From the NCBI RefSeq assembly GCF_003918875.1, contig NW_025767705.1, positions 186,001-250,000 of the forward strand: DNA of 64,000 nucleotides. Reading direction: 5' to 3'. This document shows positions 34,901 through 47,782 of the stretch, piece after piece. Each line of letters opens with the position of its first letter. Positions within the stretch are counted from its first letter, which is position 1. Made by a program: the position numbers and the translations under genes. The notes beneath the pieces were generated by a model. That model saw only the letters and a program-made list of their open reading frames with translations, did not search any database and was not told the origin of the DNA. This DNA comes from Haliotis rubra (Eukaryota).

Positions 34901-37900
34901 AAGAAGACGCTATTCGGCTTGTCCCAGAATAACACGAGTTGGTCACAAATGATACCATTGCGACAGATGTATTAGCATTGTGACGTCATAACTGTAACCA
35001 TTATGACGTAAAAAATCTAGCAGTATTACACTAGTGTAATATTGCCGTAAAAATATTACACTGCATTATCTTCCACAGACGAGTAATAATTCTGTTTATT
35101 ACCTTCAACATACATTGATAGAAACTGCGGCTCTCAGCTGTCAGTGTGATGACTCTCAGCCTTCCGCGAGTCAAACAAGGTCTAATACCATTGCGACAGC
35201 GGCATTAACATTGTGACGTCATAACTGTGAACGCTTATGGCGTCATACGTCTAGCAGTATTACACTAGTGTAATATTGCCGTAAAAATCTTCCACGTGCG
35301 AGTAATAAATAGAGAATACTAAACGATGTCCCGTGTACTATATTTATGAAACGAGTGAATGGTTTGGTATCTAACGAGCGAAAGCGAGTTAGATACCAAT
35401 ACCATTCACGAGTTTCATAAATATGGTATTATACGGGACATAGATTAGTATTTTATTTATTACTCACCCAACATTGGCAAAATAATATCGAGCAAAGTAC
35501 TTCTTTCCTAAGAATTCAACGAGTGTGATGACTCTCAGCTTTCCGCGAGTCAAGCAAGGTCTAATACTATTGTGACAGAGGTATTAGCATTGTGACATCA
35601 TAACTGTGAACAAGTTTTACGTCATACGTACGGCACCACGCGATGTTATTACACAATGTGTAATAACATTGTAAAATTATTAAACAGTGATATCTTCAAC
35701 GGGTGAGTAATAAAATTCCGTATAGCACCCCAGTTTCCGTATTGAACCCCTGCCGGTTATACTGATTTGTTTGTTTAAGTAACAGGCTAATGCAAGATAA
35801 GAGGGTATATAATAAATATAGAACGTCATACTAGTGCATTTGGATGATTTGTATTGAATTCGAAGATGTCATGGGAGTAGAGAAACAACTCGTTCTTCGA
35901 ACTCATTGAACTCGAAGATGTCATGTGAGAAGAGAAACAACATCTTCTTGTTCAATACAAAACATCCAAATGCACTAGTATGACGTTCTATATATGTATA
36001 GCCATCAATATACTGATACACAATCCGCAGTATCCTTACATTGTTTAAACCGTGTGGATCTAGGAACATGGATTTAGAATCAGTAGGAAATGGGTAATTT
36101 GTCCCCTAATCAAACCAATCATAATCTTTTCAGCCCAAGAAAATTATGGAAACCAGAGGATTTCGGACGAAGTGGGGTACATCCGAGTCAACAGTGGACA
36201 TTGGGAAGATGTTCAAAGAGATGGTGTTGAACCCAGCCCCACCTTTCAAAGATGGCGATATTCGTATTCCCGTAGATTCTCTCCAAGTGCACAGAGAACG
36301 ACTGGGTCTCAAGGGGGCTGCCTCGGCAGCATCGGCCAGCGGAAGCGGAGGAGCTGGTATATATGTGTCAATTATGACTCCGAAACAGAAGGGCAAGCAG
36401 AAAGTTGCCGATAAGAAAATAGAGGTGACCCTGAAACCCGAAAGGTCGAGGACCGAGATGTCGGAAGGAAGAGCCGCCATCATGGGGGCAGTGATGCGAG
36501 GCTTGATGGGAAAGATGGTGGAGACCCAGGACGTGAGTATCAACACAAGCACCTGTCGATGTAGCTGGACAATTACCACCATGGTCAACATATCATATAT
36601 AATATATTCACTAAATTTCGTAAAACGATGTTATGAGTAAAGAAATGAGGGTGAGCGGGATGGGTGTTTTATGTATAGGACAATTCTAATCCATTTTGTA
36701 TCACTAGAAAGTGAAATATAACATCTTATTACTCGCCCGTGGAAGATACTGCAGTGTAATATTTTTACGGCAATATTACACTAGTGTAATACCGCTAGAC
36801 ATATGACGTCATAATGGTTACAGTTTTGACGTCACAATGCAAATGCCTCTGTCGCAATGGTATTAGACCTTGCTTGACTCGTGGAAAATTGACATGAAAC
36901 TCATCACCATGTAGGCAGTTTCTATCAATTTATGTTGGAGAGGAATATACAGAATACTAAACTCGCTTCCGTGAAATACCATTTATTAAACTCGTGAAAC
37001 ATTTAGCATCAAACTCGCTCTCGCTCGTTTGATACCAAATCATTAACTCGTTTAATAAAAATGGTATTACACTGAATGTCGTTTAGTATCCTCTATTTAT
37101 CGAGATAGTACCGTGTGATTTGAGCCGCTCCCTGGTTTGTGGAGAGCCTTGATAAAGCAAATTCTTGTTACAGAGAACACTTCGAGAATCTTACTCGAGC
37201 ACTTCTTCCTCTTCCGACTCAGATTTCGACTCTACACTAGGAGCAAGTCACGGAACAACCACCAAGAAAGGTCTTACTTTATATGAAACTATAACATGAG
37301 ATCTAGCTGTATTTGCGAAATATGACAGGTGTTATGTGGCAACGATCTTGTTTAGGTTTTAGTTTCAAATTCTTTCGTTTTACACAAGGTTATACTTTTT
37401 CTAAATTCCGTTTTGAAAATGTTTTTGTGAACTTTCCATCTCAACGGGCTTGAATGTTTTACGTTACCACGTGTAACTTCTACATTTGAATGCATGTTGC
37501 ATCAACCACAGTTTGGGTGTTCCGTAATTACCTGATCCAAGTGAATCAGCAGTTATTAGAGCGAGTCATGACCAGGACGGTGTCCTCCCATTTGCGAGAC
37601 ACATTAATTAATGGTTCAGTGCACACAGGTGGTGCTTCCCAATCCCTACGATGAAAGGGAACAGCCCTGTTGCTGAAGAGTACCCGCAGGATGCATAGTT
37701 CATTAATGAGACACAAAAGACATTGTTCATTGAAGAGCATTTATTGATTTCAATAAAGAACAAGTTAAATACTGAAAAAGATTATCGTTATATTTACACA
37801 GAAGGAATAGTTCATTAAATACTTCATTATCATTTTTTATTCACACATTTTGATGATTTGAGTTATTATGATGTTTGTGTGTCATTATAAATAACTTTTT

Positions 37901-40900
37901 TTACATGGGTCCATATTTGGAAATTTTGACACTTTTCATATTTTCAGCAGTTTGCCGACTGCATCAAGATACTGCATGTGATTTTTCGTTCCATCTGCAA
38001 GTTGATCTTTGAGTCTATGTAGTCGATTGTCTATTTCCCTGTACACGCGTTTCCTCGATCGAGGGGCGCCTCCCAGGTCGAGTTGGCACAGCTTGGCCTT
38101 CTCTGCCTCTCTCTATTTTCCTGATGATTTCCATAAACCTGAAGATGTTTGGATGGCGATGACTGAGTGTAGCATTCAATCTACTGTGAAACCCTCAATG
38201 TTGTTGTTAGTCCTGGGGCCGAATGTGTCATGATGGTTCCATATGGGCAAGGAAAGCGAGCGTCGTCGTCCACCCAGGTTGTAGTGATGTAGTCGTTGAA
38301 TGTCTGTGTAGGTACAAGTCTGCCGCTGCTTGTTCTTGTAATACAGGTGATCGGAAAGAGCAGTCACAGGTTAATAAATACATTTGGATTAATTATAGTT
38401 ACAACAGTTATTGCTAGATTTTTCAAGCACGTAAATCTGAGTAGGTCAATTAATTTCTCTTTCAAATGATCACGAAGTTACCTACACAAAGTGTTTATTT
38501 TTTAAAGCCATTTACCTGAGTAGGTTAATTACTTTTTCTTTTAAGCTACCTCCACAAGATTCAGTTAAATAGCTAATCCCTAATTAGCTGGGGTTAATCC
38601 ATTCTATCAGATAGGGGAGTAAGGTGTGTTTTCTTTGCTCCTTACCTTCTCCACTGTCTCACAACTGGGAGTCTCGCAACTGGGAGTTCTCGCAAATGGG
38701 AGTAGACCGACCAGGACACACCCATCCGTCCCGCCACGTCACGTGACCGGGATAATTATATATCGAAACAATGTAATCTTGAGGGGATTCTTTTTCTGTC
38801 ACGATTCTCAACAGGGATTGAACTTAAAATATTTGGTAAAACTTTGTCATTTATTGCCTGTTTATTAAAGGTATTTAATATAATTCCCCCTGCTTCCATT
38901 CACGCTTTCAGCGATAGAGGCTCAATTCCTCATGAGACAGATCCAGGTGTTGCAGAAGTGAGTATTATTACCCAGTAAATGTAATACGTGGTTACGTTCT
39001 AAGCATGTAAGTTGCTATTTGAGTACAGGGCCTGGATGCACGAGTCTTTGTTAAAGGTCACATAAACCCTAGGGGGTAAAAATACATAAATCACTAACTG
39101 GCATCGTTATAAATGAAACCCCGTCATTAAAACTACTCATTTCGACCTTTAATTGACTTAAATCGACCTTTTTGACAACAGTGCACAATTCTCACCCGCG
39201 AACGAAATTTCAACCAATCAGAGCGGCGCGACTCTGTGACGTCATATGAGGAATAGCTTTGAGGGCCGATGCAGAATTCATCTACATTTTAGGGGGGTAA
39301 ATTATCTTGTTTACAGGCTTGTATAAACCTGAAATCGTGACAATTGTTGTGGAAAATGAAAGCTATATGTTCTCACAATCTACTGGCATTTAATTTTGTC
39401 TCCTGCTTTGCCTAGTTTCCGAGTTACAACTTGTTTTCATAGATGCTTCTGTCACAATTGATTGGTGTCGTTAGGCCCTATTTGTATAATGACTGTTCCA
39501 AATTGATCCCATTTCTGTGTTTTTACCTCGATATTTAATCATGTCATGTAAAAATCTGTTTGTATTCTCAAAACAGTGTCGGCCCATAAGTTTTCACATG
39601 CAATACAGCAATTAATACTCCCTTGTTGTAACCCGTGTTAGGTGGTATAAACCTACACATGTTATTTGTCATCATTCACTTGATGGTCAGTTAATGAATT
39701 TATAACAGGTATAATTAGTGGTAACACACTTAGATTACCCGAAAAAGGTTCCCATTTGGCATTTCTTGTGTCTGGAGTAAATATTCAACATTATAAACAT
39801 CGATCAAAGGATTAACCGATAACACGCTGATTGATTAATTACTTTTATCTTACACAGCGGAATTGTCAAAAGGTAGTGTTTATGTATGTAGATTTACTAA
39901 TCTATACTGAATACACTTTGCCGTGTCGGTGTCTGCGTAAAAACAACGTCCTTATTTCAAAGGATTAACCGGCAATACATTGATTGATTGCCCATTATTG
40001 GCTAACTAAATTAGTGTTTTTAATGAAAGGCGGACATTATGCAATTAGTTGCCAGGTGTGCTATCTTGGGTGACCAATGAGACTAAACACCAATACCTGA
40101 AAAGATTTATCACTTTTTCGTATATTAAACTGTTAAAAGACACATCATTTGGAACAGTAATTTAATGTTTGGATACGTTCCTCAAACAAGGTAATGGCCT
40201 GATATTGTTCCTATAACTTTAATCTGTTTTAATTTTAATATTTGCATTTTGTTTTTTATTCATTTGTCGTAGCATTCAACAGAATCATTGTTTTCGCCGT
40301 GAAGTGTAATGAGACAGAAAACATACACTAGGGTGTGTGTGCGAATTATTATTCACATTGGCAAACTATAAAATGTCTAGATATTACAGTTCTGTTATAA
40401 ATTCACTATAAGTATCGGCAGATCGTCAGCTTTTTATTTAGTTTCAAAATGCATAAAAGTATGATAATAAACTAATTAGGATTATAAGACCAAATATAAA
40501 GACGCACATTTACTAGTATCTACATACTGGTGAGTGGACATTAACCATGTGAATGTAGCAAGAAATTTATCGCGCAGTATTGTGACTTCGACATCCACCT
40601 CGCTTCCGTGGAAGAAATCGTTATGTTAGAAAGTTGTGTCATGCAAAATCCTTTTGGTTATGATTCCAATACATATTTAACTACGAGTAGAAAGTAGTTT
40701 TGATTTTCTAACTTGATGATAACAAACTATAATCTCATTAATTCTAACAGACTTTACGATTTTCAAAAATGGCGGCGCCCTGTCGGGAACATCCGCCAGT
40801 CTGTGGATAAATGCTATTTAGGTTTGTTTTCACCGAGTTACAAAATCAAAACTACTTTCTACTGGTAGTAAAATATGTATTTTATTGATGGCCAATAGGA

Positions 40901-42591
40901 TTTTGCATGACATAGCGTATAACATAACAATTTCTCTCCTGGCAGCGAGGTGGGTGTCAATATAATACTACTTACAATATTATTGTTACTTCGACCACAA
41001 CCTCACTTCCGAGGAAGAAATCGTTATGTTACAGTGGATAGCCTAGTGGTTAAAGCGTTCGCTCGTCACGCCGAAGATCCGGGTTCGATTTCCCTATATG
41101 GGTTCAGTGTGCGAAGCCAATTTCTGGTGTCGTGATACTGCGGCAATATTGCTACAAGCGCGAAAGCTAAACTCACCCACTCCTTAAACAATGTCATCTG
41201 CGACATACGTTTGTTAGCTGATAGAGCTTAGCCGCTGATAGTGTTTCTGTGACTGTTGTTTCCAGGTGATACTTTGTTCATTATAACTTGTGACTAGGTA
41301 AGACAAGCGCACCTGTTCCAAATAATATTTACAGAAAAACATAGAGAAGGTTCAAATCGAAATTTTGTAAACGGTCCACTTCATCCAGTTGTGAGTTGGT
41401 CGTTATACAGGGGCGTAGGAACAAGGGGGGGGGGGGGCTTTAGCCTCCCCCACTTTTTCCAAGACGAAACCATATCTACCTTACCAAAAGTACAATTTCA
41501 TTTTGATTTTCAATACTTTTCATAAAATTAGCCTCTGAAAACCGTACCCAGGCCCCTGTTATATCAGAAAATAACTACATCCCGTACTTATTGTAGTAAA
41601 CGACTATAGAAATGGGATTACAAATTGCTTTCAGAGTTGGCTCTTTATTGGATCTTTATATATAGTGATAAGACCCCTTCAGTGACTTTGTATAAAGTGC
41701 CTAGACCTCTTCAGTGACAGTATATACCGACTGTTTTGTCGGCTGTGATAGCTACATGTGAAACACATGTGATTCATGTGGTCTCACCCTAGGCAAGTGA
41801 GTTTGTTCAAACATGCTTCTGTTCGCCCAGCAGAAAATGGTAACCCGGTGGTATAAGTCATATGACTATAACCTTCTAGCGCCTCACAGGCAGCTTGGGT
41901 TATCCGGGGTAATAATGTGCTGTGCAAGCGCTTGGAGCATACACTTAGTGCCTCCATGGAGTATTTAGCGCTATAAAAATACACTCATTATTATTATTTT
42001 GCAGGCATGTGTTCGTGTTTTTGATGATTCGTTTTGTTGTTCAGACACTGTGCCGAAGGACTGGGGACAGATACCTTACAGGACGCTTACTCAATCCTGG
42101 AGTCGGTGACGGACGCCGGCCAGCTAAAGGTCAGAGTACTTATGGTACTTTGTGCTGCCATGTAGACTTTGCGTTAAACGTTTTCAATATACTCCATATA
42201 CTGAATTTGGTTTTACGCCGCTCATAGCAATATTTGAGCAATATCACGGCGGGGACACCAGGAATGGGCATAACAAATTGTATCCAAGTTGGGAATCGAA
42301 AGCGGGTCTTCGGCGTGACGAGCAAACGCTTTACCGCCAGGCTACCCCAACGCTCTGATTAGTCTTGAAGGTTACGTATTAATCTGACATAACATTTCCT
42401 TCCGCCCAAAGGCTACGTAAACGCATGAGCCTCTTTTAAATATTGTGGGAGAAAATAAGTCTTCTTTGTGCTTGCAGGCCCGCCTCGTGACGCTGATAGG
42501 GGAGGATATGTTCCGACAATACGGCGAGAAGATTATGTACTTGCGTCTTTTCCAAGTCGGTTTAGACAAAGTCCGGTCTCAGATGGAATAG
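28850..42591 (+). CDS. NIMA-related Ser/Thr kinase, NEK4-like, copy 2 (513 aa); exons 28850-28939, 31252-31512, 32040-32140, 32269-32365, 34055-34162, 34338-34481, 36134-36532, 37174-37270, 38912-38957, 42045-42129, 42478-42591
   Basis: Same motifs and exon phases as copy 1 ([43 protein letters not shown]); 1542 nt open frame. Confidence 0.9.
29390..29480. repeat. (TAC)n/(CTG)n compound microsatellite
   Basis: Direct reading. Confidence 0.9.
31252..31512 (+). CDS. NEK4-like copy 2 exon 2
   Basis: FALK...AEALK|gtgaaa. Confidence 0.92.
32040..32140 (+). CDS. NEK4-like copy 2 exon 3
   Basis: [15 protein letters not shown]. Confidence 0.92.
32269..32365 (+). CDS. NEK4-like copy 2 exon 4
   Basis: GTPCYMSPE. 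Confidence 0.92.
32855..34030. repeat. Degenerate ~30-bp tandem repeat region interrupted by a TE fragment and SINEs
   Basis: Recurrent taccttgatagcttgggttaataccc. Confidence 0.7.
34055..34162 (+). CDS. NEK4-like copy 2 exon 5
   Basis: [13 protein letters not shown]. Confidence 0.9.
34338..34481 (+). CDS. NEK4-like copy 2 exon 6
   Basis: [30 protein letters not shown]. Confidence 0.9.
34571..35712 (+). repeat. Three adjacent copies or partial copies of a ~400-bp interspersed repeat (AATAGAGGATAC...CGAGTAATAA)
   Basis: Recurring blocks caaggtctaataccattg, attgtgacgtcataactgt, attacactagtgtaatattgccgtaaaaat. Confidence 0.7.
36134..36532 (+). CDS. NEK4-like copy 2 exon 7
   Basis: cag|[16 protein letters not shown]...ETQD|gtgagt. 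Confidence 0.85.
36726..37098 (-). repeat. Inverted copy of the same ~400-bp repeat
   Basis: Reverse complement of 34571-35090 blocks. Confidence 0.75.
37174..37270 (+). CDS. NEK4-like copy 2 exon 8
   Basis: [20 protein letters not shown]...TTKK, phase 0/1. Confidence 0.7.
37579..38708 (-). mobile_element. Internally deleted MULE (Mutator-like) DNA transposon in NEK copy 2 intron 8
   Basis: TIRs GGTGTCCTCCCATTTGCGAGA / reverse complement GGTCTACTCCCATTTGCGAGA; 9-bp TSD GACCAGGAC (37570-37578, 38709-38717); transposase C-terminal remnant [22 protein letters not shown]. Confidence 0.8.
38912..38957 (+). CDS. NEK4-like copy 2 exon 9
   Basis: [15 protein letters not shown]. Confidence 0.8.
40577..40968. 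mobile_element. ~390-bp imperfect palindromic (foldback) element
   Basis: Arms include gtagaaagtagttttgattt / aaatcaaaactactttctac and tgtcatgcaaaatcc / ggattttgcatgaca. Confidence 0.7.
42045..42129 (+). CDS. NEK4-like copy 2 exon 10
   Basis: [28 protein letters not shown]. Confidence 0.85.
42478..42591 (+). CDS. NEK4-like copy 2 exon 11 (stop)
   Basis: [37 protein letters not shown]. Confidence 0.85.
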   Translation, partial: ARLVTLIGEDMFRQYGEKIMYLRLFQVGLDKVRSQME

Positions 42592-44657
42592 TAGCTCAAC
42601 ACTAAATTATACACTTTCAAGCTGGCGACAGCTGAAATTGAAATATGAGGAACGTAAAAACTCATCCAACAGACCATCTGTATAAGTGATCACTCGTGAC
42701 GGAAAGCTGCGAGCGTGTCCGTGACCACTCGGGATTTGTGGCGCTGACAAGGGCGACTGGAACATTTGGAATACTCTTGTTATTTCGGTTGTCAGAATTC
42801 ACGATACAAACAGGATTCGTCCTTAACTATTGTATAAATATTAACATTTTATGCCAGTATTAATATGTCGAAGCACAGTCAATTGTTGACGCATTCCATA
42901 TTAAGTTCAGCTTTGGGGGTTAATTGGGGTCAAACGTCGCTTTCAAGACTGTTGCATCGTGTGTCTGGATGCTTGTACCAGTGGGAATGTCGGTTTATTG
43001 TGTCAGCCCCGGAGAGACAACATAGCGTAGTTTGACAAAGATAGCATACCATTATTCTGAGATGTCTTTGTTTTAACCATTTAATACCGGCGCAAGTACT
43101 GGCAACAAGAAGTACCATATTTTCATGTATTTTAGAGATGTATTCTGTAGAGATATAATAAGGTAATATGTCCAATGAAAAAGATCGACGTAACTTAAAC
43201 CCACGCTCCACGTTCTGGTAGATACTAATCAATTTTGTTATTTAAGGTAATCGATATAGCTAAATACTGCTTTGATGCTCGTACATGTTCGCTGTCATAA
43301 TCTTTAATACAGCTAAAAAATTGAAAAATGTAAGTTTTTCATCAAAGTTTAATAAAAATATAAATGCTGAAAACTGGAAAAATGCTTGTAAACAATGAAG
43401 CGATCTCCAGAACATAAGGTTTTTGTTATCAAATTTATCAGTTTTAGTTGACCAGTGTTGTCGCACATATAATGAATTACCCTTAGGTACGTGAAGCATG
43501 ATTGTTATTTTGCATTATAATCACCCCGGGTCCCGATCCACAAAGCATTCGTAACGTTACGACCTGTCGTAACTCGACAGTTTACCATAAACTTACGATT
43601 GTCGTAGCGCTACGAAAGCTCTGTGGATCCGGACCCTGGACATGAGTGTATGTCGAATTTAGTTGTTCCTATTGTACATCATTAATTACCTCATTTGATC
43701 TTTGTTTGTATTGAAGTTTTTGGAGTCAATACTCTGGTACAAGTAACCGTAAGACTTCCAATAAAGTCCTTGAATTTAATTCGCTTCCGCGCAGCAGCAC
43801 CCCAATTGATAAATGGGACTTTCAGACATTGTTCATGTGTTATATATACGTAAAGACACTGTAGTTAACCATGTCGAAAGGTCCGACGTATAGAACACGT
43901 AAATAATTTGAAAAGGTTTGCATTACATGTGAAAAGTTGTTTCCGAAAAATGGAATAAGGAACAGCCCTATATATTATTATATTATTGTTGGTCACATGT
44001 ATATATTGAATGCGTGTTCTGGTGATATCTGGAGCTCAGTTGTTCAGATGCCTGTTATTCTCTGTCGATGTGGTAAAAGGCTGTCTGTATAATAAGTATT
44101 ATACAATACTATTACCATTATATCATTGGTTTCCAGTATATATTGAATGCGTGTTCCTGTCATATCTTATGATGCTCTCTTTTGATGTGATAAAATAATT
44201 TCTGTATAAGTATTGTATAATTTGTTCCAGTTTAATTTATAGTAGACTGTAAAATCAAAATTTGTTTCTCATGAAACACAATTCCTGGATTGTAGAGAGA
44301 GTGAACTGGGTTCAACGTCGCTCTGAACAAAGTTAGGTGTGAGTGAGTGAGTATGATTTTACGCCTCTTTTAGAAATATTCCAGCAATATAATGGCGGGG
44401 GAAACCTGGAATGGGCTTCACACATTGTACCCATGGGGGACTCGAACCCGGGTCTTTGCGTGACGAGTGAATGTTAACCCACCGCCCAACCAAATTAAGT
44501 AATTTTAAAGACCACATGCATATATGGCGGCTTTTCAGCCTGATGTTGGACAAATATCCGAAGTAAAGCAGTTCATAGGTTTCTTCAGGTTCTTCAGATA
44601 CCTTGGATACTGCTGAGTGGTGCGTTAAGACAAGTAACCTACAACAAAACTGCCGTG

Positions 44658-44697
<40 letters not shown>

Positions 44698-44783
44698 TAA
44701 TAATAATGGAAATTTATATAGCGCTAAATCCAACCACTAGGTGGGTGCTCAAAGCGCTACAAAATAATAATAATAATAATAAT
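44658..44783. repeat. (AAT)n tracts around an L2/SINE-tail-like remnant
   Basis: Two AAT runs flanking aatttatatagcgc..gctcaaagcgct. Confidence 0.7.
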
Positions 44784-45281
44784 GGAGTTAATGCAGTGAA
44801 AAGAGATGCGTTTTAAGATGTGATTTGAACGCAGCAAAAGATTGCTGGAATATTGCTAAAAGCGGCGTAAAACCATACTCACTCACTCACTACCACCAAA
44901 CACCCATTCCTGATCTTTCATGGCATTGTCGCGATATGCGTTTAGTTTTAAACTCATTCTGAACTATATATAATGACAGTGTCCACTAGCCTTGGTGTAC
45001 TTGCCGGATATCACATCTTCGGTTGAACACGAGTTTTATACACTACAGTAGTATTAACGATAAATTGCGGGTATAATTAAATATCAAGTAGGGAATCGAA
45101 CTCGGGTCTTCTGCGTGACGAGCGAGCGCTGACACGACTAAGCTACCACACCGCCCCAAATGGATAAAGATGTTTTCACTAGGACAATAATGTTATTTTG
45201 GCCTTAAAACGATATCAGGCTGACGAGTTCGCATTAACGGTGTTTCTTTGTCCCTGTCCGGACTACTATTGAGTTTTGACA

Positions 45282-45474
45282 GGTAAATCGCGCTGGACTA
45301 CACCTTATGCAAAGAGCGATTCGGTATATCTTCAACTGTTTGATATCTGGCTTCCGCACAACCTCAGCGGACACTACGGTAATCGCGCTGGACTACACCT
45401 TATGCAAAGAGCAATTCGGTATATCTTCAACTGTTTGATATCTGGCTTCCGCACAACCTGCAGCTGACACTACG
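45282..45474. repeat. ~96-bp direct duplication
   Basis: aatcgcgctggactacaccttatgcaaagagc..cttccgcacaacct present twice. Confidence 0.85.
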
Positions 45475-45814
45475 GTGACACTGTTCTACGGTAACTGGGG
45501 TATCATTGGGTGTGGACAGCACCCACAACTCATTCTTAAGTTACACTTCACCATGAATGCGGAAGGTTATACTTTCCCCGCTACTTGGAACATTCTGACC
45601 AGCAAAATACACCCCCTATATCTACTGACCACATTCTTCACAGGGAAAGTCCAGCATGACATGGCTTTCTCAGAATTGACCTCACGTAACCACGGACATT
45701 TGTAGAGTGTAACCCATGTCCAGGCACCTTGGTCGTCTAAGTATAATATGTCTATATTAAATCGAAGTGAATATCGAATATACATTACGTTAAGATGGTC
45801 CCGATTGTAGACCA

Positions 45815-46700
45815 CAGTGCCGAAAATGAACTAGTTTCATTTATAACAATAATCGCAATACAGAACCAACTCTCTGTATAAACTAAATTTCAATAGACTG
45901 AGTTCAAATACACGTGTCACATTCACAATCCCAGTATAAACCATATATGCAGTACAACCAGTAATTATTGAGAATTTAAAGATTGTAAATTTTATATTTT
46001 TATCACTCATTACTCACGTATTAAATGTGAATATTAGCAGAACATAACTCCAGATTCAAAGACATATCTCCAGATTCAGGTGAACAGTTAGTATTTTGTC
46101 AAGTCACCATTGGCAGCAACGCAGGCTTCAATGCGGCGGGGCATACTACTGATCAAAGAACGTAGAAAGTCGTGACCCATGCTGTTCCAATATCGGACCA
46201 CCTCTTCTTTCATTTCAACAATATTTGTCAGATTTTTCTTATTGACACTTTCCTTCATAAGTCCCCAAACATTTTCTATTGGATTTAGGTCAGGGCTATA
46301 GCTAGGCCAATCTAATAATGTCATATTTTGGGTCCGAAACCAGCCTCTGAATGCATTGAACGATGTTTTGGGTCGTTGTCCTGCTGGAAAATCCAAACAT
46401 TCCCATAGAACACGTGAGCAGATGGAAGTAAATGTCCCTCGAGAATACCGCTCACTGTTCATATTCCCTTCAAATACACAGAGGGGCGTTGCCCCCAACA
46501 CAGATATGCCACCCCACACGTTTAATTTCGGACTGTACTTAGGGCGCTGATACAAAGGTTTTTAAGTTTGCTTGGTCCAGAATGTCAGTGTTTTAGGAAA
46601 CAGCCACAGACAACTTTCATCTGAGAAAATCACATTGTCCCAGTTAAAATTTCTATGCTGAAAGCACCAGTTCAACCTTCTCTCCGTTTATTCAGGTTTC
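45815..46700 (-). mobile_element. Decayed Tc1/mariner (DD34E-type) transposon fragment
   Basis: WDNVIFSDES, VWGGIS, FQQDNDPK (frameshifted), WPSYSPDLNPIENVW, SMPRRIEAC..NG..TKY*; candidate CAGTG terminus at 45815; stops and frameshifts present. Confidence 0.85.
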
Positions 46701-47454
46701 ATGATCGGTGATCACTTACCGGTTATTCAGAAGAATTTGACACAATCTGGTTCAATTGTTGAACAAACGCCCTTCTTCTTCCATACATGTCGTCTGGAAC
46801 TAACGCGCATTAAAAACTCGTGCAGCGGAAGTGAGCCTCGATTGGTCGAATTTGTAACCATGACAACGCGCGGCAAGGCCGCAAACACCGGGGTGAAATC
46901 TGCAACTTTTAGGACCAGATTTGACATCTGTTAAGGATAAAATGGAAAGCGACTGTAACGATATGTGGCTTAGTGGCTGAGGCGCCCGACTCGCCAATTA
47001 GAAGACTTTTCCACCTCAGTACAAAATAAATCCAGATGTTTTATGATGATAAGTTTATGATATTTAAACCAATTTTAAATAGGTTTTAGTGCATGAAATT
47101 TTCGGGTTCATGTAATGAACAGCATAGGCTACAGTTGTCGGCCAGTGTTACGTCAGTGCATAATCAGCACTTATATTTCAGCTACTTCTCTTGACCGCCT
47201 TAAACTACGAGTCTGAACCAGACAAAACAGTGGTTGATATAATGAAAAGGCTCCTCGTCGGGATAAGATGACATGCTTTTTCAAACTTACAGAAAATGAC
47301 CATCCGATCTGTAAATCACCTGTGTAGACAGGAAATTCAGGGTTTGGCGAAACACGAGTCTGAAGTGATTAAGAACCCGAGCGAAAACTTCTCAAGATGA
47401 CGAACACATCCTTGAAGATTTACAAATAATAATAACCCGTGAAGATCCGGGTTT

Positions 47455-47782
47455 GGCCACACTTTTTTATTACTTGGTTTACGGATTTTTTACAGAAGTA
47501 TTCCGGTCGGTAGGTGGTAAAAAAAGAAAGAAGAATGCTATTCCAGATTTTTTTCCCCGTAAGGGGCTTTCACCACAAGTATGCTGCTTCAAAAATAGAA
47601 TATGCCATCAGCCATTCAGATGTTTTCATTTCCTACCATAGTAGGATTTTAAAAAAACAACAACAGCATTTTCACTCGATAACGTTAATTCGGCGATTTT
47701 ATTTGTTGCAACATTTAAAATTTTGTTTTGCTAAAATTACGGTCGGCGGATCCCTAAACCAAGTAATAAAAAACGTGTGGCC
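47455..47782. mobile_element. MITE (GGCCACAC TIRs, probable TTA target, PIF/Harbinger-like) nested in a SINE B
   Basis: ggccacac...gtgtggcc splits the SINE sequence gggtt|tagaat. Confidence 0.6.

Noticed and set aside
13731-42591. NEK copies 1 and 2 as an assembly haplotype duplication
   Set aside because: Introns are unalignable and 3' exons are strongly diverged, so they are true paralogs
46854-46867. X-box-like GTAACCATGACAAC with a nearby CGGAAGT
   Set aside because: Adjacent to a Tc1 remnant, ~3.9 kb from the nearest start codon and with no associated exon; probably repeat-derived
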